Shown here: one piece after another, positions 1-8,033 of the stretch
Position numbering within the stretch: position 1 is the first letter of the stretch
How the letters are laid out: each line of letters opens with the position of its first letter
Source: Candidatus Margulisiibacteriota bacterium
GTDB taxonomy: Bacteria > Margulisbacteria > Termititenacia > Termititenacales > Termititenacaceae
Reading direction: 5' to 3'
DNA: 62,198 nt
Assembly (NCBI GenBank): GCA_031274525.1
Contig: JAISQA010000041.1
Location: forward strand, 1 to 62,198
Made by a program: the position numbers and the translations under genes
Notes under the pieces: model-generated
Seen by the model: only the letters and a program-made list of their open reading frames with translations
The model's database searches: none
What the model was told of the DNA's origin: nothing

Positions 1-2
1 CC

Positions 3-1760
3 TATATTCTCTACAGAGAGCAGCGCGAACGTAAGCGCGACGCCCAGTCCACTTTTATCGAGGTAAAAAACGCCGTGGACGAATATATGGAAAAAACCGA
101 CTGGCGGGTTTTTGAGAACAGCAATTCGGATTTTTCTTTCTCCGGCCTGATGTCGCATATTTCCGGCAAGATCATTGCCAATTATGCGCTGCATGAGATG
201 TATCCCAAGTCTATCGCCGATGCGCACCGCAGCGGCGCGCTGCATATTCACGACCTGAGCCACGCGATCGTCGCGTATTGCTGCGGCTGGTCGCTGCGGC
301 AGCTGATCAAGCGGGGCTTTGGCGGAGTGAGGCACAAGATCTGCTCGCTGCCGCCCAAACATCTGGATGTGGTGGTTATTCAAATGGTTAATTTTCTGGG
401 GTCGCTGCAAATGGAGCATGCCGGCGCGCAGGCTTTCAGTTCGCTGGACACGCTGCTGGCGCCTTTTGTGAAGACAGACCGGCTGACTTACAAGCAGGTC
501 AAACAGCAGATGCAGAAATTTATTTTCTCGCTCAATGTGCCCAGCCGCTGGGGCTGCCAGCCGCCTTTCACCAATGTGACCCTCGACTGGGTCTGCCCGG
601 AAGATATGCAGGACGAGCCGGCCATTGTCGGCGGGGAGCCGCAGGAGTTCACTTACGGCGACTGCCAGAAAGAAATGGACATGATCAATCAGGCTTTCAT
701 GGAAGTCTATCTGGAAGGCGACGCGGAGAGCCGGCCGTTCTTTTATCCTATCCCGACCTACAATATCACCAAAGATTTTGCCTGGGATACGGAGAATGCC
801 AATCTGCTGTTCAAATTGACGGCCAAATACGGCGTGCCGTATTTTCAGAATTTTGTAAATTCTTCCCTCAAGCCCAGCGATGTGCGCTCGATGTGCTGTC
901 GGCTGCAGCTGGACTTAAAAGAACTCAAGAATAAAACCGGCGGCCTGTTTGGCGCGGGCGAGCAGACCGGCTCGATCGGCGTGGTGACGCTTAATCTGCC
1001 GCGCATCGGCTATACTTCCGAGAATAAAACGCAGTTCAAAGAAAAGCTCAGCGCGATCATGGATCTGGCCAAAGACTCGCTGGAGCTCAAGCGCGACGTC
1101 GTGGAGCTTAATCTGAAAAAAGGCCTGATGCCTTTCACCCGCGCCTACCTCGGCTCTTATGACAGCCATTTCTCAACTATCGGCATCAACGGTATGCACG
1201 AGGCTTTGCTCAATCTGCTGGGCCCCGATAAAGGCATAGACACGCCGGAGGGCAAGGATTTTGCCCTGGAGGTTTTGAATTTTATGCGGGAAAAATTAAA
1301 ACAGTATCAGGAAGAGACCGGCCATCTGTACAATCTGGAAGCGGTGCCCTGCGAATCCGCGACCTACCGGTTTGCGCTGCGCGACAGAGAGCTGTATCCG
1401 AGCATTATCCAGGCCGGCACTAAAGAAGCGCCGTATTACACCAACTCGACGCATCTGCCGGTCTCGGCGACCGCGGATATTTTTGAGGCGCTGGAGCATC
1501 AGGATGACTTACAGGTGCTGTACACCGGCGGCACCGTGGTGCACGGGTTTATCGGGGAAAAAATTGACGATCCGGAAGTCTGCAAGCGGCTGGTCAAAAA
1601 GATTGCGGAGAATTACCGCCTGCCGTATTTTACGGTGACGCCGACTTTCTCGATCTGTCCGGAGCACGGTTATATTTCCGGCACGCATCATAAGTGCAAT
1701 CATCTGATCGACCAGCTGACCGCGGAAGATGAAAAAGAACCGGAGCTGATCGGCGCCTGA
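3..1760 (+). CDS. nrdD: anaerobic (class III) ribonucleoside-triphosphate reductase, large fragment; 5' end lies outside the window and the glycyl-radical tail is missing
   Basis: The frame is open from nt 3, with no stop before the listed Met at 75. It has NrdD-typical RSMCCRLQLD and a C-terminal ICPEHGYISGTHHKC metal-site half. nrdG and nrdR lie downstream. Confidence 0.9.
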   Translation, partial: YILYREQRERKRDAQSTFIEVKNAVDEYMEKTDWRVFENSNSDFSFSGLMSHISGKIIANYALHEMYPKSIADAHRSGALHIHDLSHAIVAYCCGWSLRQLIKRGFGGVRHKICSLPPKHLDVVVIQMVNFLGSLQMEHAGAQAFSSLDTLLAPFVKTDRLTYKQVKQQMQKFIFSLNVPSRWGCQPPFTNVTLDWVCPEDMQDEPAIVGGEPQEFTYGDCQKEMDMINQAFMEVYLEGDAESRPFFYPIPTYNITKDFAWDTENANLLFKLTAKYGVPYFQNFVNSSLKPSDVRSMCCRLQLDLKELKNKTGGLFGAGEQTGSIGVVTLNLPRIGYTSENKTQFKEKLSAIMDLAKDSLELKRDVVELNLKKGLMPFTRAYLGSYDSHFSTIGINGMHEALLNLLGPDKGIDTPEGKDFALEVLNFMREKLKQYQEETGHLYNLEAVPCESATYRFALRDRELYPSIIQAGTKEAPYYTNSTHLPVSATADIFEALEHQDDLQVLYTGGTVVHGFIGEKIDDPEVCKRLVKKIAENYRLPYFTVTPTFSICPEHGYISGTHHKCNHLIDQLTAEDEKEPELIGA

Positions 1761-1803
1761 GCAGCAGTAATTTAAGCAAATTTAAGTAAAGGAGGGGATA
1801 ATT

Positions 1804-1947
1804 ATGGCTAAGAAAGAAGCAGTCGCTTGCGGCAAAGCAACGGAAGTTTACTCGCGCATTGTCGGGTATTTTCGTCCGGTGGCGAACTGGAACAAAGGCA
1901 AACAGCAGGAATTTATAGACCGCAAGACCTACGCCGTGGAGAAGTAA
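1804..1947 (+). CDS. 47-aa stand-alone glycyl-radical domain of NrdD (MAKKEAVACGKATEVYSRIVGYFRPVANWNKGKQQEFIDRKTYAVEK)
   Basis: The ORF is too short for the ORF track. An AAAGGAGGGG SD sits 7 nt upstream of the ATG at 1804. It carries the NrdD C-terminal CG...EVYSRxVGYxRPV..WNxGKxxEF radical motif. Confidence 0.75.
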   Translation: MAKKEAVACGKATEVYSRIVGYFRPVANWNKGKQQEFIDRKTYAVEK

Positions 1948-1993
1948 GCTGTTTTTGCAGAGTGCATATTTTTAATAAATAAAGGGAGAAGCT

Positions 1994-2236
1994 ATGATTT
2001 TATATAGCAAACCCAATTGTGATAAATGCGAGGATATTAAGAAACTGCTGAGAAAGCAAAATGTGGCTTTTGAGGAGCGCAGTTCCGGGGATCCGGCGGT
2101 CAAAGCGGAAGTGCTGGCTTTGCTCGCCGACCGGCCCGACGCTATAATGCCGGTGATCAAGTTTGATGACGGCCGCGTGGTCAGCAATGATATGGGCCTG
2201 TACCGGGAGCTCAAGACCACGGGAATTTTGCGGTAA
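1994..2236 (+). CDS. glutaredoxin/NrdH-like small redoxin (CxxC = CDKC)
   Basis: 80 aa with an N-terminal ILYSKPNCDKCEDIKKLL thioredoxin-fold signature. It sits between the nrdD pieces and nrdG. Confidence 0.7.
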   Translation: MILYSKPNCDKCEDIKKLLRKQNVAFEERSSGDPAVKAEVLALLADRPDAIMPVIKFDDGRVVSNDMGLYRELKTTGILR

Positions 2237-2246
2237 GGAGTTTGGG

Positions 2247-2954
2247 GTGCCGATTATTAAGGGTTTGCAAAAAACAACGCTCGTGGATTATCCGGGCAAA
2301 ATTGCCGCGACTATTTTTACCGCGGGCTGTAATTTTCGCTGTGTTTTTTGCCATAATCCGGCGCTGGTCGAGGACAGCCAGTCCGCCGGCCTGCCCGTGA
2401 TAGACGCCGCGGAGCTGCTGGAGTATTTGCGCGGCCGGACCAAGCAGCTGGAAGGCATCTGTATTTCCGGCGGCGAGCCCACCCTGCACCGGGATCTGCC
2501 GGAATTTATCCGGGACATAAAAAAACTGGGTTATGCCGTCAAGCTGGATACCAACGGCACCAATCCCGCAATGCTCCGGACGCTTTTGGCCGGACAGCTG
2601 CTGGACTATGTGGCGATGGATATTAAAGGCCCGCTGGAATTGTACCCGCAGATCGTGAATAGCGCAGTCGATACGGCTAAAATCCGGGCGAGCATCGAAT
2701 TGATAATGCAGAGCGGCGTGCAGTACGAGTTTCGCACCACTGTCCTGCCGGCTTTTCTGGACGAAGCTAATTTCGCCAAAGTCGCCGGTCTGATCAACGG
2801 CGCCAGCTGCTATTATCTGCAGCAGTTCCACGCCGGAGCGCATTTGCTCGATCCGGCTTATCAGCAGGCCGGAGCTTATTCCGCCGGTCAGCTGAATATT
2901 TTCGCGCGCCAGCTGGAGCCCTTTGTCCAAAAAGTGGCGGTGCGGGGAACCTGA
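2247..2954 (+). CDS. nrdG: anaerobic RNR activating protein (radical SAM)
   Basis: CNFRCVFCHNP CX3CX2C motif. The GTG at 2247 is preceded by a TAAGGAG SD. The listed ORF start at 2163 overlaps the redoxin gene and is unlikely. Confidence 0.9.
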   Translation: MPIIKGLQKTTLVDYPGKIAATIFTAGCNFRCVFCHNPALVEDSQSAGLPVIDAAELLEYLRGRTKQLEGICISGGEPTLHRDLPEFIRDIKKLGYAVKLDTNGTNPAMLRTLLAGQLLDYVAMDIKGPLELYPQIVNSAVDTAKIRASIELIMQSGVQYEFRTTVLPAFLDEANFAKVAGLINGASCYYLQQFHAGAHLLDPAYQQAGAYSAGQLNIFARQLEPFVQKVAVRGT

Positions 2955-2955
2955 G

Positions 2956-3402
2956 ATGAAATGTCCCTTTTGCGGTAAGGATCAGGATAAGGTGATAGAG
3001 TCCCGCACGACCAACGACGGCGAGATTATCCGCCGCCGCCGCGAGTGTGAGCAATGCGGCGAGCGTTTTACTTCCTACGAGCGCATCGAACCGCGCGCGG
3101 CTTTTGTCATCAAAAAGGACGGCCGCCGCGAGCCATATGACCGCGACAAGATCAAGAGAGGCTTGCTGAAAGCCGTGGAGAAAAGGCCGATCTCTATGGA
3201 AAAAATCGAGCAGGTGCTGCAGAATATCGAGCATAAAATTCCTTATAATAATGAGAATGAAGTTTCCACCGATCAGGTCGGCCTGCTGGTCATGGAAGAA
3301 CTGGAAAAACTCGATCCGGTCGCCTATGTGCGCTTTGCCTCGGTGTACCGCGAGTTCAAGACGGTGAATGAGTTTGTCGAAGAGATCAAGACCTTGAAGT
3401 AA
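2956..3402 (+). CDS. nrdR: transcriptional repressor NrdR (zinc ribbon + ATP-cone)
   Basis: MKCPFCG...ECEQCGERFTSYERIE zinc ribbon. The ATG at 2956 lies directly after the nrdG stop. Confidence 0.92.
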   Translation: MKCPFCGKDQDKVIESRTTNDGEIIRRRRECEQCGERFTSYERIEPRAAFVIKKDGRREPYDRDKIKRGLLKAVEKRPISMEKIEQVLQNIEHKIPYNNENEVSTDQVGLLVMEELEKLDPVAYVRFASVYREFKTVNEFVEEIKTLK

Positions 3403-4448
3403 TGGATCTAGAAACTTTCCTCTCTGCCGCTCTGGCGGAATTGAAACAAAAAAATTTATACCGTGCTCTGCCCGGACCGGACAGCGGGGCGGCTGGATTT
3501 TCCCGCAACACCTATCTGGGCCATCATTTCGGCGCCAGCGGTTCACGGCTCATCTCCGGCAATCACAAAATATATGCGGTTTTGGAGCAGGCGCTGGCGG
3601 ACTGGAAACAGACCGGGGCGGCGCTGGTCTTTCCGACCGGCTACATGACCAATGTCGGAGCGCTCCCGGCCTTAATGGGCAAACACGATTTGCTGATTCT
3701 GGACAAACTCTGCCACGCTTCGCTTATCGACGGCGCACGTTTGTCCGGCGCTGACCTGCGGGTTTTTAAGCATAATGATGCGCGGGATCTGGCCAGGATC
3801 TTGAGCCAGACCGGAGCAAAATATTCGAAAATTCTGGTCATTACAGAAGCGGTTTTTTCGATGGACGGCGATCTTGCTCCCCTCAAAGCGCTGACCGAAT
3901 TGCGCGCGCAGTATGGCTGCTGGCTGGGCGTGGACGAAGCGCACGCGGTCGGCGTGTTTGGCGCGCGCGGCGCCGGTCTGGCGGAAGAGCTGGGCCTGAC
4001 CGGACAGATAGACCTGAGCATCGGCACCTTTAGTAAAGCGCTGGACAGTCTGGGCGGTTACGCCGCCGGCAGCCAGCTGCTGATCGACTATCTGGTCAAT
4101 CGCGCGCGGCCGTTCATCTACAGCACCGCCCTGCCGCCGTCCGTGCTCCGGGCCAATCTTAAACATTTGCGGCGCCTCCAGAGCCGGAAATTACGCCAGA
4201 AGCTCTGGCAAAATATAGAGTATTTTTGCGGTAAATTAAATGTTCCGGCCCGCTCGGCGATAGTGCCGGTGCTGGTCGGCGATGAGGGCGCCGCCCTGCA
4301 AATGGCGGAGAAACTCCGGCGGCAGGGTTTTCTGATCCCGGCCATCCGTTATCCCACGGTGCCTAAAGGACAGGCGCGCCTGCGCATCACGCTCAGCGCG
4401 GCGCAGACCCGGAGACAGCTGGACTCCCTGCTGAAATTACTGGTCTGA
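3402..4448 (+). CDS. bioF: 8-amino-7-oxononanoate synthase-like PLP-dependent acyltransferase (BioF/Kbl family)
   Basis: SGSRLISGNH, FPTGYMTNVG, DKLCHASLIDG and the PLP-Lys context GTFSKALDSLGGY. It is shorter than typical BioF. Confidence 0.7.
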   Translation: MDLETFLSAALAELKQKNLYRALPGPDSGAAGFSRNTYLGHHFGASGSRLISGNHKIYAVLEQALADWKQTGAALVFPTGYMTNVGALPALMGKHDLLILDKLCHASLIDGARLSGADLRVFKHNDARDLARILSQTGAKYSKILVITEAVFSMDGDLAPLKALTELRAQYGCWLGVDEAHAVGVFGARGAGLAEELGLTGQIDLSIGTFSKALDSLGGYAAGSQLLIDYLVNRARPFIYSTALPPSVLRANLKHLRRLQSRKLRQKLWQNIEYFCGKLNVPARSAIVPVLVGDEGAALQMAEKLRRQGFLIPAIRYPTVPKGQARLRITLSAAQTRRQLDSLLKLLV

Positions 4449-4492
4449 CTGTGTTATGATATTTTCCCGAGCTTAATTTAAAGAGGTGCAGT

Positions 4493-6322
4493 ATGTGCGG
4501 CATTGTGGGTTATTTAGGCCAAAAAGAAGCGCTGCCCATCATTGTGGACGGCCTGAAATATCTGGAATACCGCGGGTATGACTCGGCCGGCGTGGCGGTG
4601 CTCCATAATGGCCGGATTAGCGTGGTCAAAGCGGTCGGCAAAATTAACGATCTTGAACAGGAATTGAAAAAAGTCCGGCTGCCCGGCAGCCTCGGCATCG
4701 GGCATACCCGCTGGGCGACGCATGGCCGGCCCTCTCTGGGAAACAGCCACCCGCATGCCACGGCGGACGGCCGGATCGTTCTGGTGCATAACGGCATTAT
4801 CGAAAATTACAATGTGCTGAAAATGCAGTTGCAGGCGGAAGGCTGTGTTTTCCAGTCGGAGACAGACACCGAAGTGCTGGCGCAGCTCATCGGCAAGTAT
4901 TACACGGACGATCTGGCCGGCGCGGTGCTTTCCGCCCTGCGGGACGTGACCGGGACTTACGCGATCGCCGTGCTGGCCAAAGACCGGCCGGAGCAGCTGG
5001 TCGTAGCCAAAAAAGCCTCGCCCCTGTGCCTCGGCCTGGGTAAAAACGAAGTTTTTGTCGGCTCGGACGCGATCGCTTTTATCAAGCACACCAACAAAGT
5101 GGTATATCTCAAGGATGGCGAGGTGGCCACTCTTACGCCGCAGACTCTGGATATAAGGGATATGCAGGGCAAAAAAGTCAGCGGCAAAGTCCATAAGCTG
5201 GCGCTGGATCATTCCTCGATCGAAAAAGGTGAATACCCGCACTATATGCTCAAAGAGATTTACGAGCAGCCGCGCGCGGTGCAGGATACGCTGGACGGGC
5301 GCATCTCGCCGCAGGGCGACGAGGTTATTTTTACGGAGCTGGAGAAATATTCGGAATATCTTATCGGGATTAACAAGATCGTGATCGCGGCCTGCGGGAC
5401 GAGCTGGCATGCCGGACTGATCGCGGAATATCTTCTGGAAAAACACGCGCGCGTGCCGGTGGAAGTTGACTATGCCGCGGAGTTCCGTTACCGTTATCCG
5501 GTGCTGGATGCCAGAACTCTGGTCGTGACGATCAGCCAGTCCGGCGAGACCGCGGACACTATCGCCGCGATCGGCGAGGCTCAGGCGCTGGGCGCCAAAG
5601 TGTTGTCGATAGTCAATGTGCCGTCCTCGACTATCGCCCGCAATTCGGATATGGTGATCTATACTTATGCCGGCCGCGAGATCGGCGTGGCTTCGACCAA
5701 AGCTTTTACGACCCAGCTGGCAGTCCTGTGTCTGCTGACGGTGTATCTGGGGCGTCTGCGCTGTTCTATGACCGAGGATTATGCACGGAACATGCTCCAG
5801 AATCTTAAATGTGTGCCGAATGAAATATCCAAAATTTTCAAAGAAGTGGAGAATATCCAGAAAATCGCCAGAGCTTTTCACAAACACAGCAACGCGCTCT
5901 ATCTGGGGCGCGGCGTGGGTTTTCCGATCGCGCTGGAAGGCGCGCTGAAACTCAAAGAAATTTCCTATATTCACGCCGAGGGGTATCCGGCGGCCGAGAT
6001 GAAGCACGGCCCGATCGCGCTGATCGATGAGAATATGCCGACTGTCGTGCTGGCGTTCAAAGGACGGCGTTACGAAAAGATTCTGGGCAATATTATGGAA
6101 GTCAAAGCGCGCAAGGGCCAGCTGATCGCCATTGCTTCGGAAAGCAATGAGGACATTGCCCGCGTGGCGGACGCGGTGATCCGCATCCCGGATGCGACAG
6201 AGTCCATCTCCGCGATACTGGCGGTGCTCCCGCTGCAGCTTTTGGCTTATTATGTGGCGGTGGAAAAAGGCTGTCCGGTCGATCAGCCCCGCAATCTGGC
6301 CAAGAGCGTCACGGTGGAGTGA
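4493..6322 (+). CDS. glmS: glutamine--fructose-6-phosphate aminotransferase
   Basis: N-terminal MCGIVGY, two SIS domains and a C-terminal KSVTVE. Confidence 0.97.
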   Translation: MCGIVGYLGQKEALPIIVDGLKYLEYRGYDSAGVAVLHNGRISVVKAVGKINDLEQELKKVRLPGSLGIGHTRWATHGRPSLGNSHPHATADGRIVLVHNGIIENYNVLKMQLQAEGCVFQSETDTEVLAQLIGKYYTDDLAGAVLSALRDVTGTYAIAVLAKDRPEQLVVAKKASPLCLGLGKNEVFVGSDAIAFIKHTNKVVYLKDGEVATLTPQTLDIRDMQGKKVSGKVHKLALDHSSIEKGEYPHYMLKEIYEQPRAVQDTLDGRISPQGDEVIFTELEKYSEYLIGINKIVIAACGTSWHAGLIAEYLLEKHARVPVEVDYAAEFRYRYPVLDARTLVVTISQSGETADTIAAIGEAQALGAKVLSIVNVPSSTIARNSDMVIYTYAGREIGVASTKAFTTQLAVLCLLTVYLGRLRCSMTEDYARNMLQNLKCVPNEISKIFKEVENIQKIARAFHKHSNALYLGRGVGFPIALEGALKLKEISYIHAEGYPAAEMKHGPIALIDENMPTVVLAFKGRRYEKILGNIMEVKARKGQLIAIASESNEDIARVADAVIRIPDATESISAILAVLPLQLLAYYVAVEKGCPVDQPRNLAKSVTVE

Positions 6323-6328
6323 TAGATA

Positions 6329-6754
6329 ATGCGCATCTATTTAGATAATTGTTGTTACAACAGACCGTTTGACGACCAAACCCAGATGAAAATACGGCTG
6401 GAAACTACCGCCAAACTTTATATTCAGAATGCTGTGCGCAAAAATATTTATGAGCTGGTCTGGTCATATATGTCGGATTATGAAAATCAAGATAATCCAT
6501 ACGAGGAAAAACGCAATGCTATCCAAATCTGGAAAACCATAGCCAGGCATTATTGTCCTTCCTCGCCGGATATTTTGAAACAGGGTAAAATTATTGAAAA
6601 ACTGGGTATAATGCCGAAAGATGCTTTACACATTGCCTGTGCCTTGCAGAGTGCCTGTGCTTATTTTATTACGACAGACACAGGGCTTTTGCATAAGAAA
6701 ATTGACAGAATTGTGCTAGCCAGTCCTGTTGATTTTGTCAGAGAGGTGGAGTAA
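6329..6754 (+). CDS. PIN-domain protein (putative toxin-like nuclease)
   Basis: MRIYLDNCCYNRPFDD and a late ITTD acidic motif. The gene is AT-rich compared with its neighbours. Confidence 0.6.
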   Translation: MRIYLDNCCYNRPFDDQTQMKIRLETTAKLYIQNAVRKNIYELVWSYMSDYENQDNPYEEKRNAIQIWKTIARHYCPSSPDILKQGKIIEKLGIMPKDALHIACALQSACAYFITTDTGLLHKKIDRIVLASPVDFVREVE

Positions 6755-6954
6755 TGGAAAAATCGGAAACAGTTTTAAGAGTAGAGGCTATGGATATTCT
6801 GATAAACAAACTTGGGGAGGTTGATGCAGAGCGGTTTATCTCTCTGATAAAAACCGATAATTTTGATTATACCAAATGGCGGCAGGGTCTGTGGCCGGAC
6901 AAGACCATAGACGAGATCCATCATCTAGCGTCTGAATACGAGAAAAATCATTAA
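6754..6954 (+). CDS. 66-aa partner protein translationally coupled to the PIN gene
   Basis: Its ATG overlaps the TAA of the PIN gene (gTAATGg). It has the same AT-rich composition and no recognisable motif. Confidence 0.45.
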   Translation: MEKSETVLRVEAMDILINKLGEVDAERFISLIKTDNFDYTKWRQGLWPDKTIDEIHHLASEYEKNH

Positions 6955-6978
6955 CTTTTAGAAATTGGTGATTTTAAT

Positions 6979-7007
6979 TTGCGTAAGGTAGTGGGCTACT
7001 GTAAAAT
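6979..7007 (+). promoter_or_regulatory. putative sigma70-type promoter of tRNA-Cys (TTGCGT-17-TAAAAT)
   Basis: -35 at 6979-6984 and -10 at 7002-7007, 16 nt before the mature tRNA 5' end. Confidence 0.4.
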
Positions 7008-7023
7008 AAGGGCTCTTTTTAAG

Positions 7024-7098
7024 GGTGGCGTAGCCAAGTGGTAAGGCAGTGGTCTGCAAAACCGCCATACGCCGGTTCAACTCCGGCCGCCACCTCCA
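7024..7098 (+). tRNA. tRNA-Cys (GCA), CCA encoded
   Basis: Hand-folded cloverleaf: acceptor GGTGGCG/CGCCACC, anticodon loop CTGCAAA, T-loop TTCAACT. Confidence 0.9.
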
Positions 7099-7205
7099 AA
7101 AAAAAAATAACTCCGGCCGCGACCGACAGCGGCTACAAGCCGCGGAGGAAGTCCCAGCGCGCAACAGGCGCGCGGAGTGCCACCTCCAAAAAAAATAACT
7201 CCGGC
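7089..7205 (+). repeat. direct duplication of the tRNA-Cys 3' end plus A-tract (GCCACCTCCA-A8-10-TAACTCCGGC), copies 90 bp apart
   Basis: Copies lie at about 7089-7117 and about 7179-7205. The GC-rich hairpin segment between them resembles the core of the repeat family at 14427. Confidence 0.6.
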
Positions 7206-7231
7206 GGCCTCCATTTTAATTTTAGAAAAGA

Positions 7232-7266
7232 AACGCCTGGTAGAAGAAATCCGCCAGGCGTTTTTT
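7232..7266 (+). terminator. Rho-independent terminator
   Basis: Stem AACGCCTGG/CCAGGCGTT followed by TTTTTT. Confidence 0.6.
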
Positions 7267-7401
7267 GAACCTTATTCGTTCAGTAAAATCTCGGCTCGGC
7301 CGTCTTCAAAAGAAGTATTGGCAGATATGTCCTTTAGGCTATTTATAATTTCATATTTAGCCTCGCTCATAAGAGATTTTCTATTATTGCAAATGTATAC
7401 C

Positions 7402-7431
7402 TTGACAAATGTACATACATTGTAGTACAAT
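7402..7431 (+). promoter_or_regulatory. putative promoter TTGACA-18-TACAAT with TTGTA-G-TACAA palindrome; implies a leaderless antitoxin mRNA
   Basis: The -10 ends 6 nt before the ATG at 7438, and no SD is present. Confidence 0.4.
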
Positions 7432-7437
7432 TCCCCA

Positions 7438-7713
7438 ATGAATACTAGAACTTTAACAATCCGGGTGCCGGGCGATGTTGTCGCTGTCGCGCAGGACCGT
7501 GCGGAGAGACTGGGTATCAGTTTAAGTTTGGTTTTGCGTAATGAATTGCACCGCTTTGCTAACGGCGGCGATGTGCTTATCAGTGATTTTCAGCCCAGCG
7601 CCAGCTTGCGGCGGGCCATTGTCTCTGCGGAAAAAGAGCATGCGGCCGGTAAACTAAAAATATTTTCTGCGCCTAAAGAGGCTCTGGCGCATTTGAAAAA
7701 ATTGCGCCGCTAA
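7438..7713 (+). CDS. putative antitoxin (ribbon-helix-helix/DinJ-RelB-like)
   Basis: 91 aa, located 3 nt upstream of a RelE-like gene. The N-terminal basic beta-strand plus helix pattern is typical of RHH antitoxins. Confidence 0.55.
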   Translation: MNTRTLTIRVPGDVVAVAQDRAERLGISLSLVLRNELHRFANGGDVLISDFQPSASLRRAIVSAEKEHAAGKLKIFSAPKEALAHLKKLRR

Positions 7714-7716
7714 ATC

Positions 7717-7974
7717 ATGCGTGTGGAGTTTTCTAAAAATTTTGAGAAAGAATACCGGAAATTAAGGCCCGGAAAACAGGATAAAGTTGATGCGGCGATA
7801 GGGTTGTTTTTGACAGACCACGCCCATCCGCAGTTGCGTAAACACGCCTTAACTGGAGAATGGCTTGGTCATTATTCTATCAGCGCAGGCGGTGATCTCC
7901 GCCTGCATTTTAAGTTATTAGGCGGTCTGGCTTTGTTTGTTAGCGTTGGCACGCATGCGCAGTTGTACGGATAA
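7717..7974 (+). CDS. RelE/ParE-family toxin-like protein
   Basis: 85 aa with FxKxYKKL..., HPQLRKHALTGEWLGHYSISAGGDLRLHF and GTHAQLY, which is the family pattern. Confidence 0.65.
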   Translation: MRVEFSKNFEKEYRKLRPGKQDKVDAAIGLFLTDHAHPQLRKHALTGEWLGHYSISAGGDLRLHFKLLGGLALFVSVGTHAQLYG

Positions 7975-8033
7975 CGAGGCAGGCTGGCCCGAAATATGCT
8001 AAAATAAAACCCGTTTTAGTTTTTGGGGGGATA

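Noticed and set aside
1698-1827. Group I intron (as in phage T4 nrdD) or intein interrupting nrdD
   Set aside because: About 125 nt is too short for a group I intron, and there are no intein blocks. The segment contains an in-frame stop, a strong SD and an ATG, which fits gene fission.
4449-4492. glmS ribozyme upstream of glmS
   Set aside because: Only 44 nt of spacer is available. That is too short for the ribozyme of about 170 nt, and no conserved core is seen.
4514-6007. 497-aa minus-strand ORF
   Set aside because: It is entirely antisense to the unambiguous glmS gene. It is a stop-poor antisense frame typical of GC-rich DNA, with no motif and no SD.
7111-7188. Second tRNA or tRNA pseudogene ending in CCACCTCCA
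   Set aside because: There is no 5' acceptor strand complementary to GCCACC, and no D or T arm can be folded. It is better explained as a duplicated tRNA 3' end plus a hairpin module.
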